Shown piece by piece: positions 27,197-39,324 of a stretch of DNA of 64,000 nt. The translations under genes were made by a program, and so were the position numbers. The notes beneath the pieces are model-generated. The model saw only the letters and a program-made list of their open reading frames with translations, was not told the DNA's origin and did not search any database. How positions within the stretch are numbered: the stretch's first letter is position 1; each line of letters begins with the position of its first letter. Source of the DNA: Laetmonice hystrix (taxonomy: Eukaryota); contig OZ249440.1 in NCBI GenBank assembly GCA_965235115.1, forward strand, positions 31,808,001 to 31,872,000. Direction: 5' to 3'.

Positions 27197-29027
27197 TACA
27201 TCCCTTTTAGCTGAGAAAATATGATAATTTGGACATATTAACATGAATTCGTCAGTCGAGCACTGTCAACCCATTGTTATGCATTGAGATACCATTTGAA
27301 CTGGGAATCGGAAAACTAAATTGTTGACATTTAGTTGAGTTGAGCACTGTCAACCCGTTGTTGCGCATTGAGACACCATTTTGAACTGGGACTCGGAACG
27401 GACTGGGGAATTCCTTTGGACATGAGGACCCTTCCTATTACTATAGTATGGGTAACGACTAAATTGTTGACCCTGATGCCATGTTCAAATCGGAAATTAC
27501 CCATGTGCAGACCAAACGCCCAAAGACTCATCTATCTAGAAGGATCATTGTCATAGGGTCGCAACTCATGCAACTCCCATAAATGTGCCCATGCAGTGCT
27601 CAAAAGCAGCACCAATAAAATTTCTAAGCTGAGATATCTCGTTCATGCTTCCTGCCTTTTGAAGTGCGTTTTGAAGTTGTGGCAGTGCATGAGATCCCCC
27701 TGTGTGTGCACGTTGCCTGTTCAACCGTTGCAACAAGTAATGTCTGTTTCCATATTACAAGCAATGTTTAAGAATATATCTGCTGCGGTTACGGTTGGGT
27801 TGTAAACACTGGGACTTTCGGCGAGCCGCCATAATTCACGAGGCAAGAGTTCCAAGTTGTATCCCAGAAATCTGTTATGAGTCATTTGCCAGGTATCAGG
27901 CCAGCTCCTTGTTATTTTATATCGTTCAGACAGAACCAGTTTGTGATTCTCAAAGTATGTGTCATATCATCCTTTAAATTAATGAAAAAATAATACAGTG
28001 GTGTATGCGTTTCATTTTTGATTATGGTTACTATATTTAAGCTGAGGCTGTCAGGTTGCATCACACGGGCAAGACAGCAAATTCACCTTCTATATTTTAA
28101 AGATAAATATTCATGGGCCCATCGATTATATGAAAGTTTAAGGCTCGAAATAAGCGGTATCGCTTTGCAGTTTGTGATAAATGCGAGATAGAATTCCTCT
28201 GTGTAAGTTAGACTAGTCCACTAGGTGGCGCTGTGGTCTGGTAGTTGTTAAATGTTCCGCCAGAGGGAGCTTAGGTGATGGGACCTTCCGGTACATTAAC
28301 GTTGGAGTTTCCGGGTTCTAAACGAGACGAGAAAGTTCCGGTAATAGTTGACAACTAGAATCATCCAGAAAATGTCTGGGTGTATATATCGGGTGGATAA
28401 AAAAAAACGCCCCGAACTTTAAACTTCAATATTTCAGAAAGTAATGATTGTAATTCAATGAAATTTTTCGTAATATCACTTCATGATGTTGTCTCCTAGT
28501 TGTTAATGTTACAACTTAATAGCTTGGATAATATTTCCGTGGGGCTAAAAACAAAAATCATTGTACAAAAGCGCAATGCCGGGCTAAAGTAAGTTGTAGT
28601 CACACCCAGAGTCCTTGGCCTCACACTAGAATAGGTGGTCAATCGGTCCCCCGTTTTCACTCCATACTGCTCTCAGTCTCTTTTTCCATGAGCCAATGCA
28701 CTTCCTGATCTCTGATAGGGAAATATCTTCCCAACATTGGGAAATACGCAACGCTCTGAATGTGTTGCTAAACGTGATAATGATACGATTTCCCTTGAAC
28801 TTCTCGTTACAGTCATATCGTCCTAATGTTGCAGTTTCTCTGTAGGGTTTGGCACATTAAACATCTGTTTTCTCTAAAAGTACTAGGAATAGCACATATT
28901 TTATTATATCTAGTGATCCCCAACATTATACATATTGTAAAACACGCAAAAACTAAATAATGATTTTTTTTTACCCAAGGTACAATGCGGTGCATCAAAC
29001 AGGTGTCAAATTGGACACCTGGCAGCT

Positions 29028-32000
29028 GGGTCATTCCACGCGGTTTCACCTAGAGCCTCCCAGGTGACCATCTCAGATTTTTATGATTTTTTTTTTACAA
29101 GTCCCTCCACATGTTTGATGAACGCATACAAAACTTTTTGCTCCAACTTCCAGTAGTTTTTCAGATATTAATTTTTAAAATATGTGTGTCGGTGCATACT
29201 GTGCATGTCAAAAGTCATTTTTGTGCTTTTTCCCATTTTCAAAGCGTTATATCTCAGGACTGGTTACATGTATCAGGCTGAAATTTGGTATGTGCAAGGT
29301 CCCCTACCCACATATTCAGTGCCAATCATCAAAGTTGTGCTAAATTGCATTTTTTATTTTTTATAGCTGACTGAAAATGGCATTTTGTTCATATCGGAAC
29401 ATTTTTTTCAAACTTTAGGGGGCTCTACACAAAATGTGTATTAAGTGATCATCTTCATATTACAAAGCTTACCTCAGTAGATTACCAGCTTGTGTTTAAC
29501 CAGAAACAATGCCCATCATACTAATAGTTTTTGAGCTGTAGCTGAATGAAAACTGATCATGTGTGAAAAACGTCGAAAAAAGCTTTCCATTCTAGGTAGG
29601 ATTTCACCATGTAGGCAACTACTCGGACACTTCAATTTTTTTCAAAAGGTAGAATTACTATATGACATTTTGTTGTGGACCCACCCTGGCGAGGCGGCCG
29701 GTCGTAGGTAGGAGGGAGACGGGGGGACTTACCGTACCATTACCCCACTGAAGATAACTCAACGACGGCTGGCGGTGATGATACTTGTATTGTCAGACAT
29801 GATACAATGATGTAGAGTATCGCGGGATACTCTACTAGCCTATAGAGGCTGAACCTCATGCTCCTGACCAACTCCCAGAGTAGGAGTGTAGTCAATGATC
29901 GCCAAAACCAACTATATGGACCCGAGACTGAGCCACGGCTCAGCTCGGGCACATACTCCGAACAACTAGCTCTCTAGACAAACTATCTCTAACTGGATAT
30001 TCGGTGCCCCTATATATACTAAACGCCGTCCGTGTCGGCATCCCGGCCGGAACTCCACCCCCTCCGCTCTGCCAGCAGTAGACCCCGGTGGCCGCGGTCA
30101 CCGACACGGACCCGCGTGATGACATCGTGTCACCAGTCGGTCAGTGTCCGGATCTCGCGGCCCCCAGTGACACCGCTCACCCAGCCGGGGGTCCGCCATG
30201 GAGGCCAACACGGACGGAAGACGCTGGGTACGTGCTGGTGTCACCTCACCACGACATCGGTATCGATACAACCGTTACGCAACTTGGGAGGTGACGGCCC
30301 GAGCGTCCCCGGTTCCAGCCCGCACCAGCATCCGACTTAAGGGAACCCAATACTCCAGCAACTACATGATTAAATATATACACGACATCCGAGCCGCCCA
30401 TCCTTAAGGGAATACAAACGGGAACAAGGATTCGACTATACTAACATATACAGATAGTAAAGTATACAGTAATAATATATAGGCATACATATATATACGG
30501 GGGAGGCCAACTATACTAAATGTCCAGCGGCTGCGAAGCCTAGCCGCAACAATTTGTCAGTAGAATTCTTTTTATCTAACTCAAAAGGCTTCATGTTTTA
30601 AAAAATACCAGTTTAGACAGTATTAAACAGAATGTAGAAATCCATTATATCTCATTTAAATATATCTAAAATGTATTTAACATAGTTTATGCCTACTAAA
30701 TATCTACTGAACATACATCTGTTCATAATTATAATTAATTCATAATTAAATAATTAAATTAAATAATTAAATAAAATAATTAATTAAATAAATTAATTGA
30801 AAAATAAATTAATCTAAAATGGATTTAGCATAGTTTATGCCTACTAAATAACTACTGAACATTCATCCGTTCATAATCATAATTAATTCATAATTAAATA
30901 ATTAACTAATTTAATGAACTAATTTAATGAACTAATTTGATTAACTAATTTAATTAAATAAAATAATTAAGTAAATAAATAAACTAAATTAAATAATTAA
31001 GTAAATAAATTAAATAAATAATTAAATAAATTTATTTTACCATGGAGAGATTTTTTCGACATTTTTCAAACATAACCGATTTTTATGCAGCAAAAGCTCA
31101 AAAACTACTCCTTTGATGGGCATTGTTTTTGGCTTGTTTTTAACGCATAAACTGTGCTAAATCCATTTTAGATTAATTAATTAATTAACTTAATTAATTT
31201 AATTTATTTAATTAATTATTTAATTATTTTATTTAATTATTTTATTTAATTATTTAATTATGAATTAATTATGATTTTGAACAGATAATTGTTCAGTAGT
31301 TATTTAGTAGGCATAAACTATGCTAAATCCATTTTAGATTAATTAATTAATTAATTAAATAATTAATTATTTAATTACTTAATTTAATCATTTAATTATG
31401 AATTAATTATGACTATGACAGATGTATGTTCAGTAGTTATTTAGTAGTTATAAACTATGCTAAATCCATTTTAGATATATTTTAATAAGATATTATGGAT
31501 TTCTACATTCTGTTTAATACTGTCTAAACTTTTTTTTTAAAACATGAAGCCTTTTGAGTTAGATAAAAAGAATTCTACTGACAAATGTCATATAGACATT
31601 CTACCTTTTTAAACAAATTTGAAGTGTCTGAGTAGTTGCCTACATGGTGAAATCCGACCTAGAATGGAGAGCTTTTTCGACGTTTTTCAACCATGATCGA
31701 TTTTTATGGAGCTACAGCTCAAAAACTATTATTGTGATGGGCATTGTTTTTGGCTAAACACAAGGTGGGAATCTACTGAGGTAAGCTTTGTAATATGAAG
31801 ATGATCACTTACTACACATTTTGTGTAGAGCCCCCTAAAGTTTGAAAAAAAAAATCCGATATGAACAAAATGCCATTTTCAGTCAGCTATAAAAAATAAA
31901 AAAATGCAATTTAGCACAACTTTGATGATTGGCACTGACTATGTGGGTAGGGGACCTTGCACATACCAAATTTCAGCCTGATACATGCAACCAGTCCTGA

Positions 32001-32235
32001 GATATAACGCTTTGAAAATGGGAAAAAACACAAAAATGACTTTCTACGTATAAAGTCTGCACCGACACACAAATTTTAAAAATTAATTTCTGGAAAACTA
32101 CTGAGAGTTGGAGCAAAAGATTTTGCATGTGTTCATCACACATATGGAGATACCTGTAAACAAAAAATCATAAAAATCTGAGATGGTCACCTGGGAAGAT
32201 TTCTGGATTTCAGGTGATTCCGCACGGAATGACCC
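29028..32235. mobile_element. Foldback Sola2-like element (copy 2, inverted relative to copy 1)
   Basis: GGGTCATTCC...GGAATGACCC termini, 4-bp TSD AGCT, near-identical to 2604-4910. Confidence 0.85.
29671..30551 (-). mobile_element. Solo LTR, 881 bp
   Basis: TGTTGTGG...CCGCAACA termini and 4-bp TSD ATTT; the uninterrupted site GACATTTGTCAG is seen in copy 1. Strand inferred from a TATATATAG box on the minus strand at ~30010-30018. Confidence 0.85.
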
Positions 32236-32972
32236 AGCTGCATGATATTTGACCTAATTCCGGCATTGCGTTTTTAGACACTGATTTTTGTTTTTAGCGC
32301 CACGGGATTAGTATCAAAGCTATTGAGCTGAAACTTTAACATACCAGAGATAATATCATGAAGTGATATTAAGAGAAATTTTATTGAATTATAATGCATA
32401 GTTTTTGAAATATTAAAGTTTAAATTTCGGGGCGGTTTTTTTTATCCACCCGATATAAGCCCGGTAGAACTGGTAATGCGAGGAGACTTGAAAGTCGAGA
32501 TCTAACACAGAGTGTTGTTTAGTGACTAGAGAAAAACCTGGTTGAAGATTGTAAAACTGTGGATTATCGCTGTGGGATTACGAAAGCTGTCATATTTGGG
32601 CGTTGAGCTGTGTAGGCCTACAAGTCTTCAATTTGTGTGCTGGTGAAGGGTTGGTGACTTCAGTGAAAGACTAATCCACGGATTCCTGGCCTATCTGAAC
32701 GTGTGTCGTGGACATTGTGATTGTGAAATCAACGCAGGAAACCAACTGGAACATTAATTGAACTCTCACTTGGATTTACGTGTGGATTGGGAACGTTCTG
32801 GAATTGCAGACAGGATAATAGACCACAATAGACGGAAGGTAAAACACTCAGTTTTGTTATTGTAAAGTAAGCCTTATCTTGTCATTATTGTGTAACTGTG
32901 AGGATTCATTAAATCGTTAAAATTAAAATTCTGGTGTTTGTCATCCACTGCCGTTGGCTACGTAACATAAAT

Positions 32973-32990
32973 TGGAGGCTCATCCGGGAT
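32973..32990 (+). promoter_or_regulatory. Primer-binding site, tRNA-Pro
   Basis: TGGAGGCTCATCCGGGAT vs canonical TGGGGGCTCGTCCGGGAT (16/18), 5 nt after the LTR-terminal CA. Confidence 0.9.
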
Positions 32991-33069
32991 AAGAGCAAAT
33001 TTAGGCATCATTGAGCCATTATTTTAGAAATTGTCCGCCATCTTTGTTTCAAGAACATTCTTACTCAAA

Positions 33070-36000
33070 ATGTCAGCGGCCATAGATGATTTTGTGGCAG
33101 CGCCAACTGTAGATGAGCTGAGAAAGCTTAGGAAGTCTGAGTTGTTTGCAGTTGCTGAGAAGTATGATAAGGTGAAGAAAGGTATGACAAAGGCAGTTAT
33201 CCAAAGGAAAATAGCTGAGTTTTATTATGAGGAAGATATATCTTCACCGTAGATCAGTTGAATCAGTTTGTGGACCTTGAGAAGGGAAAACCCATGTCAG
33301 ACAGGGAATTCAAACTCAAAATGAAAGAGTTAGAGGAGAAAGAGAAACAAAGGCAATTTGAAGTAGATAAGTTAGCAAGCACATGAGTTACAGAAACTTA
33401 GGTTGAGTGGAGGAGGAAGAAGCCATTCAGATGACACCCAGAGGTTTTCTGCTAGCCGAGAAGTTAGGTTAGTTCCTTTATTCGATGAGAAAGAAGTAGA
33501 CAAATACTTTCAACATTTTGAAAAGGTCGCTGAGAGTCTAGAATGGCCACCGCAATACTGGCCTCTGATGCTGCAGAGTGTTATCAAAGGGAAAGCACAA
33601 CAGGCATATTCTGCATTGTCGGTTCAGGATTCCTCAGATTGTGAGATTGTCAAGAAAGCCATTTTGACTGCATATGAGTTAGTTCCAGAAGCTTACAGGC
33701 AAAAGTTTAGAAATTGGAGAAAGAGGGAGAGTCAGACTTATGTGGAGTTTGCTCATGACAAAGAGGTGTTCTTTGAACGTTGGTGCAACTCAATGGTGCA
33801 ACTCAATGTCAGTTGACAAGGACTTTGACAGGTTGAAGGACTTGATGTTGGTTGAGGAGTTCAAATACTGTGTCAAAGATGATATTAAAGTGTATATATA
33901 ACGTGAATAAAACACCTTTTTGGCAACGGGAACGCCTATCTCATATTATAAGACACCTCTCTGCCTGTTTTTAATATATTTACTTACCAGAGTAAGAATT
34001 TATTGCTAAACGAAAGTGCTAAAATTGCACGCCTAACGTGACCTAGAAACTTCAGGCCGTTCTGACGCTATAATCGTCCGATACGTCACGAAAGGGACGG
34101 CCCACGGGACCTAGGCCTAGCCCCTCTGAAAGCATCCTAGATTGACAGTCGTGGTACCAAAGAAAGTGTGAGAACAAAGTAAAATGGTCAACACGTGTGT
34201 CGTCCAGTTGTTTTAGACTGCACTCGGAGATGTAACTTCTGTTCATTTTTTTCCAAGTCGGGCTAAAAACCCGAACATTCTACAGCTCACTCAGTGCTGT
34301 GTGCACCTCGGTTCGGACGCCTACTGCTACTGCCACTGCCAGTACTGCTGGCACTGCTGAAATCGGCCAGGAGCTCGAAAACGGTCGCCCATACAGAACT
34401 AGTTTAACCGACTCTATAAAACCTATGAAATGTTCAACAAGTGACAACTGCCCCAGTACAGGAAAACTGAGAAAGCAATCTGAATTAGCGTTAGACAGAC
34501 CCTGCCTTTTGCCCGGGAAGTGATTGTGAAGTCAGGAGCGCGCGCCCGTCACGATTCTACAAAATTTAATGTTGACAAACGGGAACTGTATGGAAGTTGA
34601 GATCATCTTATTTCCGAATTAGGGTACTCTATACATGTACTTGCATTGTAACGTCTTATTTCCCAAAGTCCTCTCGAGTGTACTGATGGCAAACATTTAG
34701 CAAGGGCTCCGTGTGGGGATGTAACTATTTCTCATTTCCGATTACTCTATTCAACACAGTATAACGACTCATTTCCCAACTTTCCTATCGAGTCCATTTT
34801 GAGCAAACACCGCAGGCTGATCCAACGCGAACGGGGGCCGATTTCGATCGACACCAGTCTGCTCCGAAGCTGACTTTACCTGGCTTGGACAGATCACGAC
34901 GTCTATGGTAGATCGTAAAGATAGACATAGGTCTACCGTTTTTAAAATAGGCTGTACAATTACTATACATTTGTATAGTCTATAGCCTATCTAGTACATA
35001 CAAGTTTCATTGAATCAAACGGTGATCCCCATTCCCCTCCGATGGCGCTAGCCGTACTAGTACTACTACTATACTAGCCTAGATTAGAATCTCCGTTCTC
35101 GGCCTAGATGATCTAGCTGTCCACCAGATCGTCTCGAAAAGGATCTAAAAATCCCCTCGATACACAGAAGTCCAACATCACTTAGTTCCTCATCCGATGA
35201 CACGCAAGTTCTCTCCAACCTATTATGTGAACTTCCACCATCACTCAGCTTTTCTCAGGCCTGTGTGGCTGGGCGTGGCCCGAGGCTTCCCCTTTCGTGA
35301 CGTTACGAGTTTAAAGGTCAATTAACCGGGTCAATCGGCCCGATATTTGACGGCTCGGTATATCCACGCGTTTTTATTAGAAAGTATGCACATTGAGAGA
35401 TTTAAACTAAGGGGAAATGCATTATCATGCCATAAAGATAAACTATCAATAAAGTATTCCTCGTCGTAATATATACACTTTAAGTCCTATCTTGAGGAAA
35501 AAGATGCTGTGACACTTAGCTATAAAAAATAAAAAAATGCAATTTAGCACAACTTTGATGATTGGCACTGACTATGTGGGTAGGGGACCTTGCACATACC
35601 AAATTTCAGCCTGATACATGCAACCAGTCCTGAGATATAAGCCTTTGAAAATGGGAAAAAACACAAAAATGACTTTCTACGTATAAAGTCTGCACCGACA
35701 CACAAATTTTAAAAATTAATTTCTGGAAAACTACTGGGAGTTGGAGCAAAAGATTTTGCATGTGTTCATCACACATATGGAGGTACCTGTAAACAAAAAA
35801 TCATAAAAATCTGAGATGGTCACCTGGGAAGATTTCTGGATTTCAGGTGATTCCGCACGAAATGACCCAGCTGCATGATATTTGACCTAATTCCGGCATT
35901 GCGTTTTTAGACACTGATTTTTGTTTTTAGCGCCACGGGATGTTCATGCCATAAAGATAAACTATCAATAAAGTATTCCTCGTCGTAATATATACACTTT

Positions 36001-36107
36001 AAGTCCTATCTTGAGGAAAAAGATGCTGTGACACTTCAGAAAGCTGCAAAATTAGCAGATGAGTCCGGTGAGATGTCTCAGTTCTACAAGAAGAAAGACA
36101 ACGGTAC
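33070..36107 (+). pseudogene. gag: Gmr1-like gag, 5' part (stops, frameshifts, two insertions)
   Basis: MSAAIDDFVAAPTVDEL...LVPLFDEKEVDKYFQHFEKVAESLEWP...YELVPEAYRQKFR...VEEFK...DIK|SYLEEKDAVTLQKAAKLADE. Confidence 0.9.
33889..35479. mobile_element. Kolobok-like non-autonomous DNA transposon
   Basis: TTAA TSD, AG...CT termini, 15-bp TIR AGTGTATATAT(A/T)ACG; removing it restores the gag codons ATT AAG TCC TAT. Confidence 0.8.
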
Positions 36108-37087
36108 TGTCGTACCCCTATCTCAGGGTAGGGCTACTCCTGCACAATCAAGATGTGCTATATATATCCGTACACCAGTAATTATGGCAGCCATCTTTCT
36201 TTCCCTTAAGCGAACCTAATTAATTATGCGTGTCACAGTTTTATCATACAAATATACTTTTCAGAACTCTACAAATATTGTAAACAGAGTAAATGTTCTT
36301 AAAGAATCTGTCAGAACTATTTTTATAAGCTATTTCCAGGTATTAACGTTTATCCAGCCATATCAAACAATGCCCCAACCATGCAGACGTATAGTCTATC
36401 AGTAGATTACAACAACGTCCTCAAAAACCGTTTACATTTTCCAGTAAACAATACCCAGAGTACTCTGTGGAGTCTCTGTCATTTCTTAAATGTTCACATG
36501 TTATTTATAAGTCTCTCAGGTTTTATTTAAGTGCATAATTGCTTTTCTGTAACTTTTAAACTACAGGAAAACAAACAACATATTTATTACCAAAGTGTAG
36601 CTCTTTGTGCAGAGCATAATTCTAGATTAGTCATTTTATCCTATATATTTTATCCAAGCAGTTATTTGACTTGGAAGCTTTTTGTACCTTCTATCCCCGT
36701 TGATGAGTTATTAATTAGCACCTCGCGTAAGGAGGGAGCGTCGTCTTCCATCACAAATTTGGATCTCCATCTTCCTGGAAGATGGGGATGAGCCAATGGG
36801 AGGCCGACATGCGGCTACCGTCTTGGAGGGTTGTGGATCAGTATATAATCTAAGTGAGCCAAAACTCGCTCTCTTACCTCAAACTCAGCAATCAACACAC
36901 ATCAAATATTTCTCTACGGCTCTGGCTTCCTACGCCAGCGGCCTCCGACACACCACGTGTGTCATCACAGACAAAGAACTTTTATAAGCCTGGGTATCCA
37001 CAAACTCCAAGCGGTAAGTCCTTCTCGATTTTTCCAACAGCTCGTGCCGACGAACATTGCTGGAGAACCCAAAGTGACTCCACGATA
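36108..37087 (+). repeat. 5' LTR of the nested element (internal deletion near 37050)
   Basis: Aligns with 50053-51798 and ~52132-52169; followed by AT and PBS-like TGGTGTGAGAACCCGG. Confidence 0.85.
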
Positions 37088-37911
37088 ATTGGTGTGAGAA
37101 CCCGGAGTCTCGTTTGTTCTGACGGTGCATCTGCCCGTGAGGCCCAGCGTAGACGCCCTGTGTTATATTCCAACCGTCCATACGTATATGTCAAAAGTTT
37201 TTCCTCATTTTCCAAAATCTCTTTTCAAAATGTCTGGTTATGTCAACCGGCACTCTCGCGTGTGTACCAATCGGACTGGAAGCAGCGACTCGGTCGCGAG
37301 TTGGAGGTTATCAGTTGGATTACCCCGTAAGGGAGAATGGCCACTCGGCTGAGATACCGGCAGCCAGCGCCACAGCGCACGCCAGGCCTGACCCCATGTG
37401 GTGACCACCCGGGCACCGCCCGCCGCCCCACCCCGGACCAGCCTCCGTAACCAATACTGAGTCGTGATACGATGGCCGTCAAATACAAGGCCGTGATCAG
37501 CGGTTGCGTCACCGAGAAGATGGACCACTCAGTCGCGCGCTGCGGCTGTATCAGCAGAAAGATGACCACACCGACCCATCGGCTTATCTGCCTGACCTGG
37601 AAGACGACAGCCACAGGCAGTCTCCTTGGCCAGATATCTATTTGTGGGTATCGCCCTCGTCCCTGTGGCACTGGACCGCGCCAGCCTCATCGCCTTGTCG
37701 TCGGACATTCCTGGTTTCACTAATTAGTGATTGGTGCCATGAAACCAGATATCTCGGGCCGTCCTTGACGTCGGCTCACTATTCGACACCCCTACAGCAG
37801 CCAGGCCAGCGCACTGCTCCCACCCTGCCCCCACTGTCAGCCAGACCACGGTAAGGCCAGCGGCCAAGCCTCGTGCAGGGGCAGCAAGGACAACAACATT
37901 GGCAATACTCT

Positions 37912-37950
<39 letters not shown>

Positions 37951-39324
37951 CACCAACAACCCTGCAGCTACTCCGTCCAACACTACACAGGAGGTAGGGC
38001 TGTTTTGTCTGCAATGCCATTTGTACTCATTGTAACTCAAGTTTTAGAGGGAGAGTGCACTGTCGAAAGTTTCATCTTTATTAGCAGTTTAACATTCTAT
38101 ATCGGCCAACTCGGGGATTCAATCTTGCTCAACTAACTTTTCAAGCCAGCATGACTGCCAGGCAAAGCGACATGCTGCTCCAACTCTAACGTTAACACGA
38201 TAGGAGCTTTAGCCGGTCCGACTAGGCCCGCCTAAATCAACTCTATAGGTCTAGACACTGTTTTTTTTTTAAAATAGTGTAGACGTACTATAATCAGATA
38301 TATTAGCATATGTAAGGCAACATGTTTAACCCACATGGGTGGGACACACTGTCGAAAGCGTGTTAAAAGCTATGATGTTGGCTGCATCACCGTTCACGCT
38401 CAGTGGTAAGCTCCACAACCGGAAACCCGTATTCGACGCGCCATCTAGTGTCAGATACCGGCAGCGCAACCTTCCTATTGGGCTAAATGCTGTATCTGGA
38501 CATGGAAAAAAATGAAATCATTCAAAACCACTTAATTCTTGTTCGGTTGTATTAAGGAACATTTCAGCTTTCTGAAAATAACAATTATACTCAGTAATTC
38601 AAGACATGTCAGTTTTTATTAAGCTTGACATAAAGGTACGCCGTTTAGCGGGACGTTCGGTATGGGACTTACCTCCTACTACATATTGCTTTATTATATC
38701 ACTAATATTTATAGAAACCACATGATTTTAACAAAATGTACTCATGAGACCTATTCAAATCCACATACCAAATATGAAGAGGATGTGAAAATTATTTCTA
38801 TGTCACTGATGTTTCATAACATTTTTACAAGCAAGACTGGTTACAAAAATGGAATTGCATATTTGCAATTGATCTCCTTTAAATTTAAATCGTCATATAG
38901 ATGCCGTGATCAGCGGTTGCGTCACCGGGAAGATGGACCACTCAGTCGCTGCGGCTGTATCAGCAGAAAGATGACCACACCGACCCATCGGCTTATCTGC
39001 CTGACCTGGAAGACGACAGCCACAGGCAGTCTCCTTGGCCAGATATCTATTTGTGGGTATCGCCCTCGTCCCCGTGGCACTGGACCGCGCCAGCCTCATC
39101 GCCTTGTCGTCGGACATTCCTGGTTTCACTAATTAGTGATTGGTGCCATGAAACCAGATATCTCTGGCCGTCCTTGACGTCGTCGGCTCACTATTCGACA
39201 CCCCTACAGCAGCCAGGCCAGCGCACTGCTCCAACCCTGCCCCCACAGTCAGCCAGACCACGGTAAGGCCAGCGGCCAAGCCTCGTGCAGGGGCAGCAAG
39301 GACAACAACATTGGCAATACTCTG

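Larger units (their letters stand above)
28387..32455 (-). mobile_element. Tc1/mariner internal-deletion derivative, copy C, split by a Sola2-like element
   Basis: Same TIRs; halves 28387-29027 and 32236-32455 rejoin at AGCT. Confidence 0.9.
28202..32967 (+). repeat. 5' LTR of the Gmr1-like element (~0.7 kb net of a 4.07-kb nested insertion)
   Basis: TGTAAGTTAG...CTACGTAACA imperfect inverted termini, directly followed by the PBS. The start is inferred because no second LTR is available. Confidence 0.7.

Noticed and set aside
37873..38136. Poly-Q host protein
   Set aside because: The CAG tract lies inside the nested LTR element in a stop-interrupted frame.
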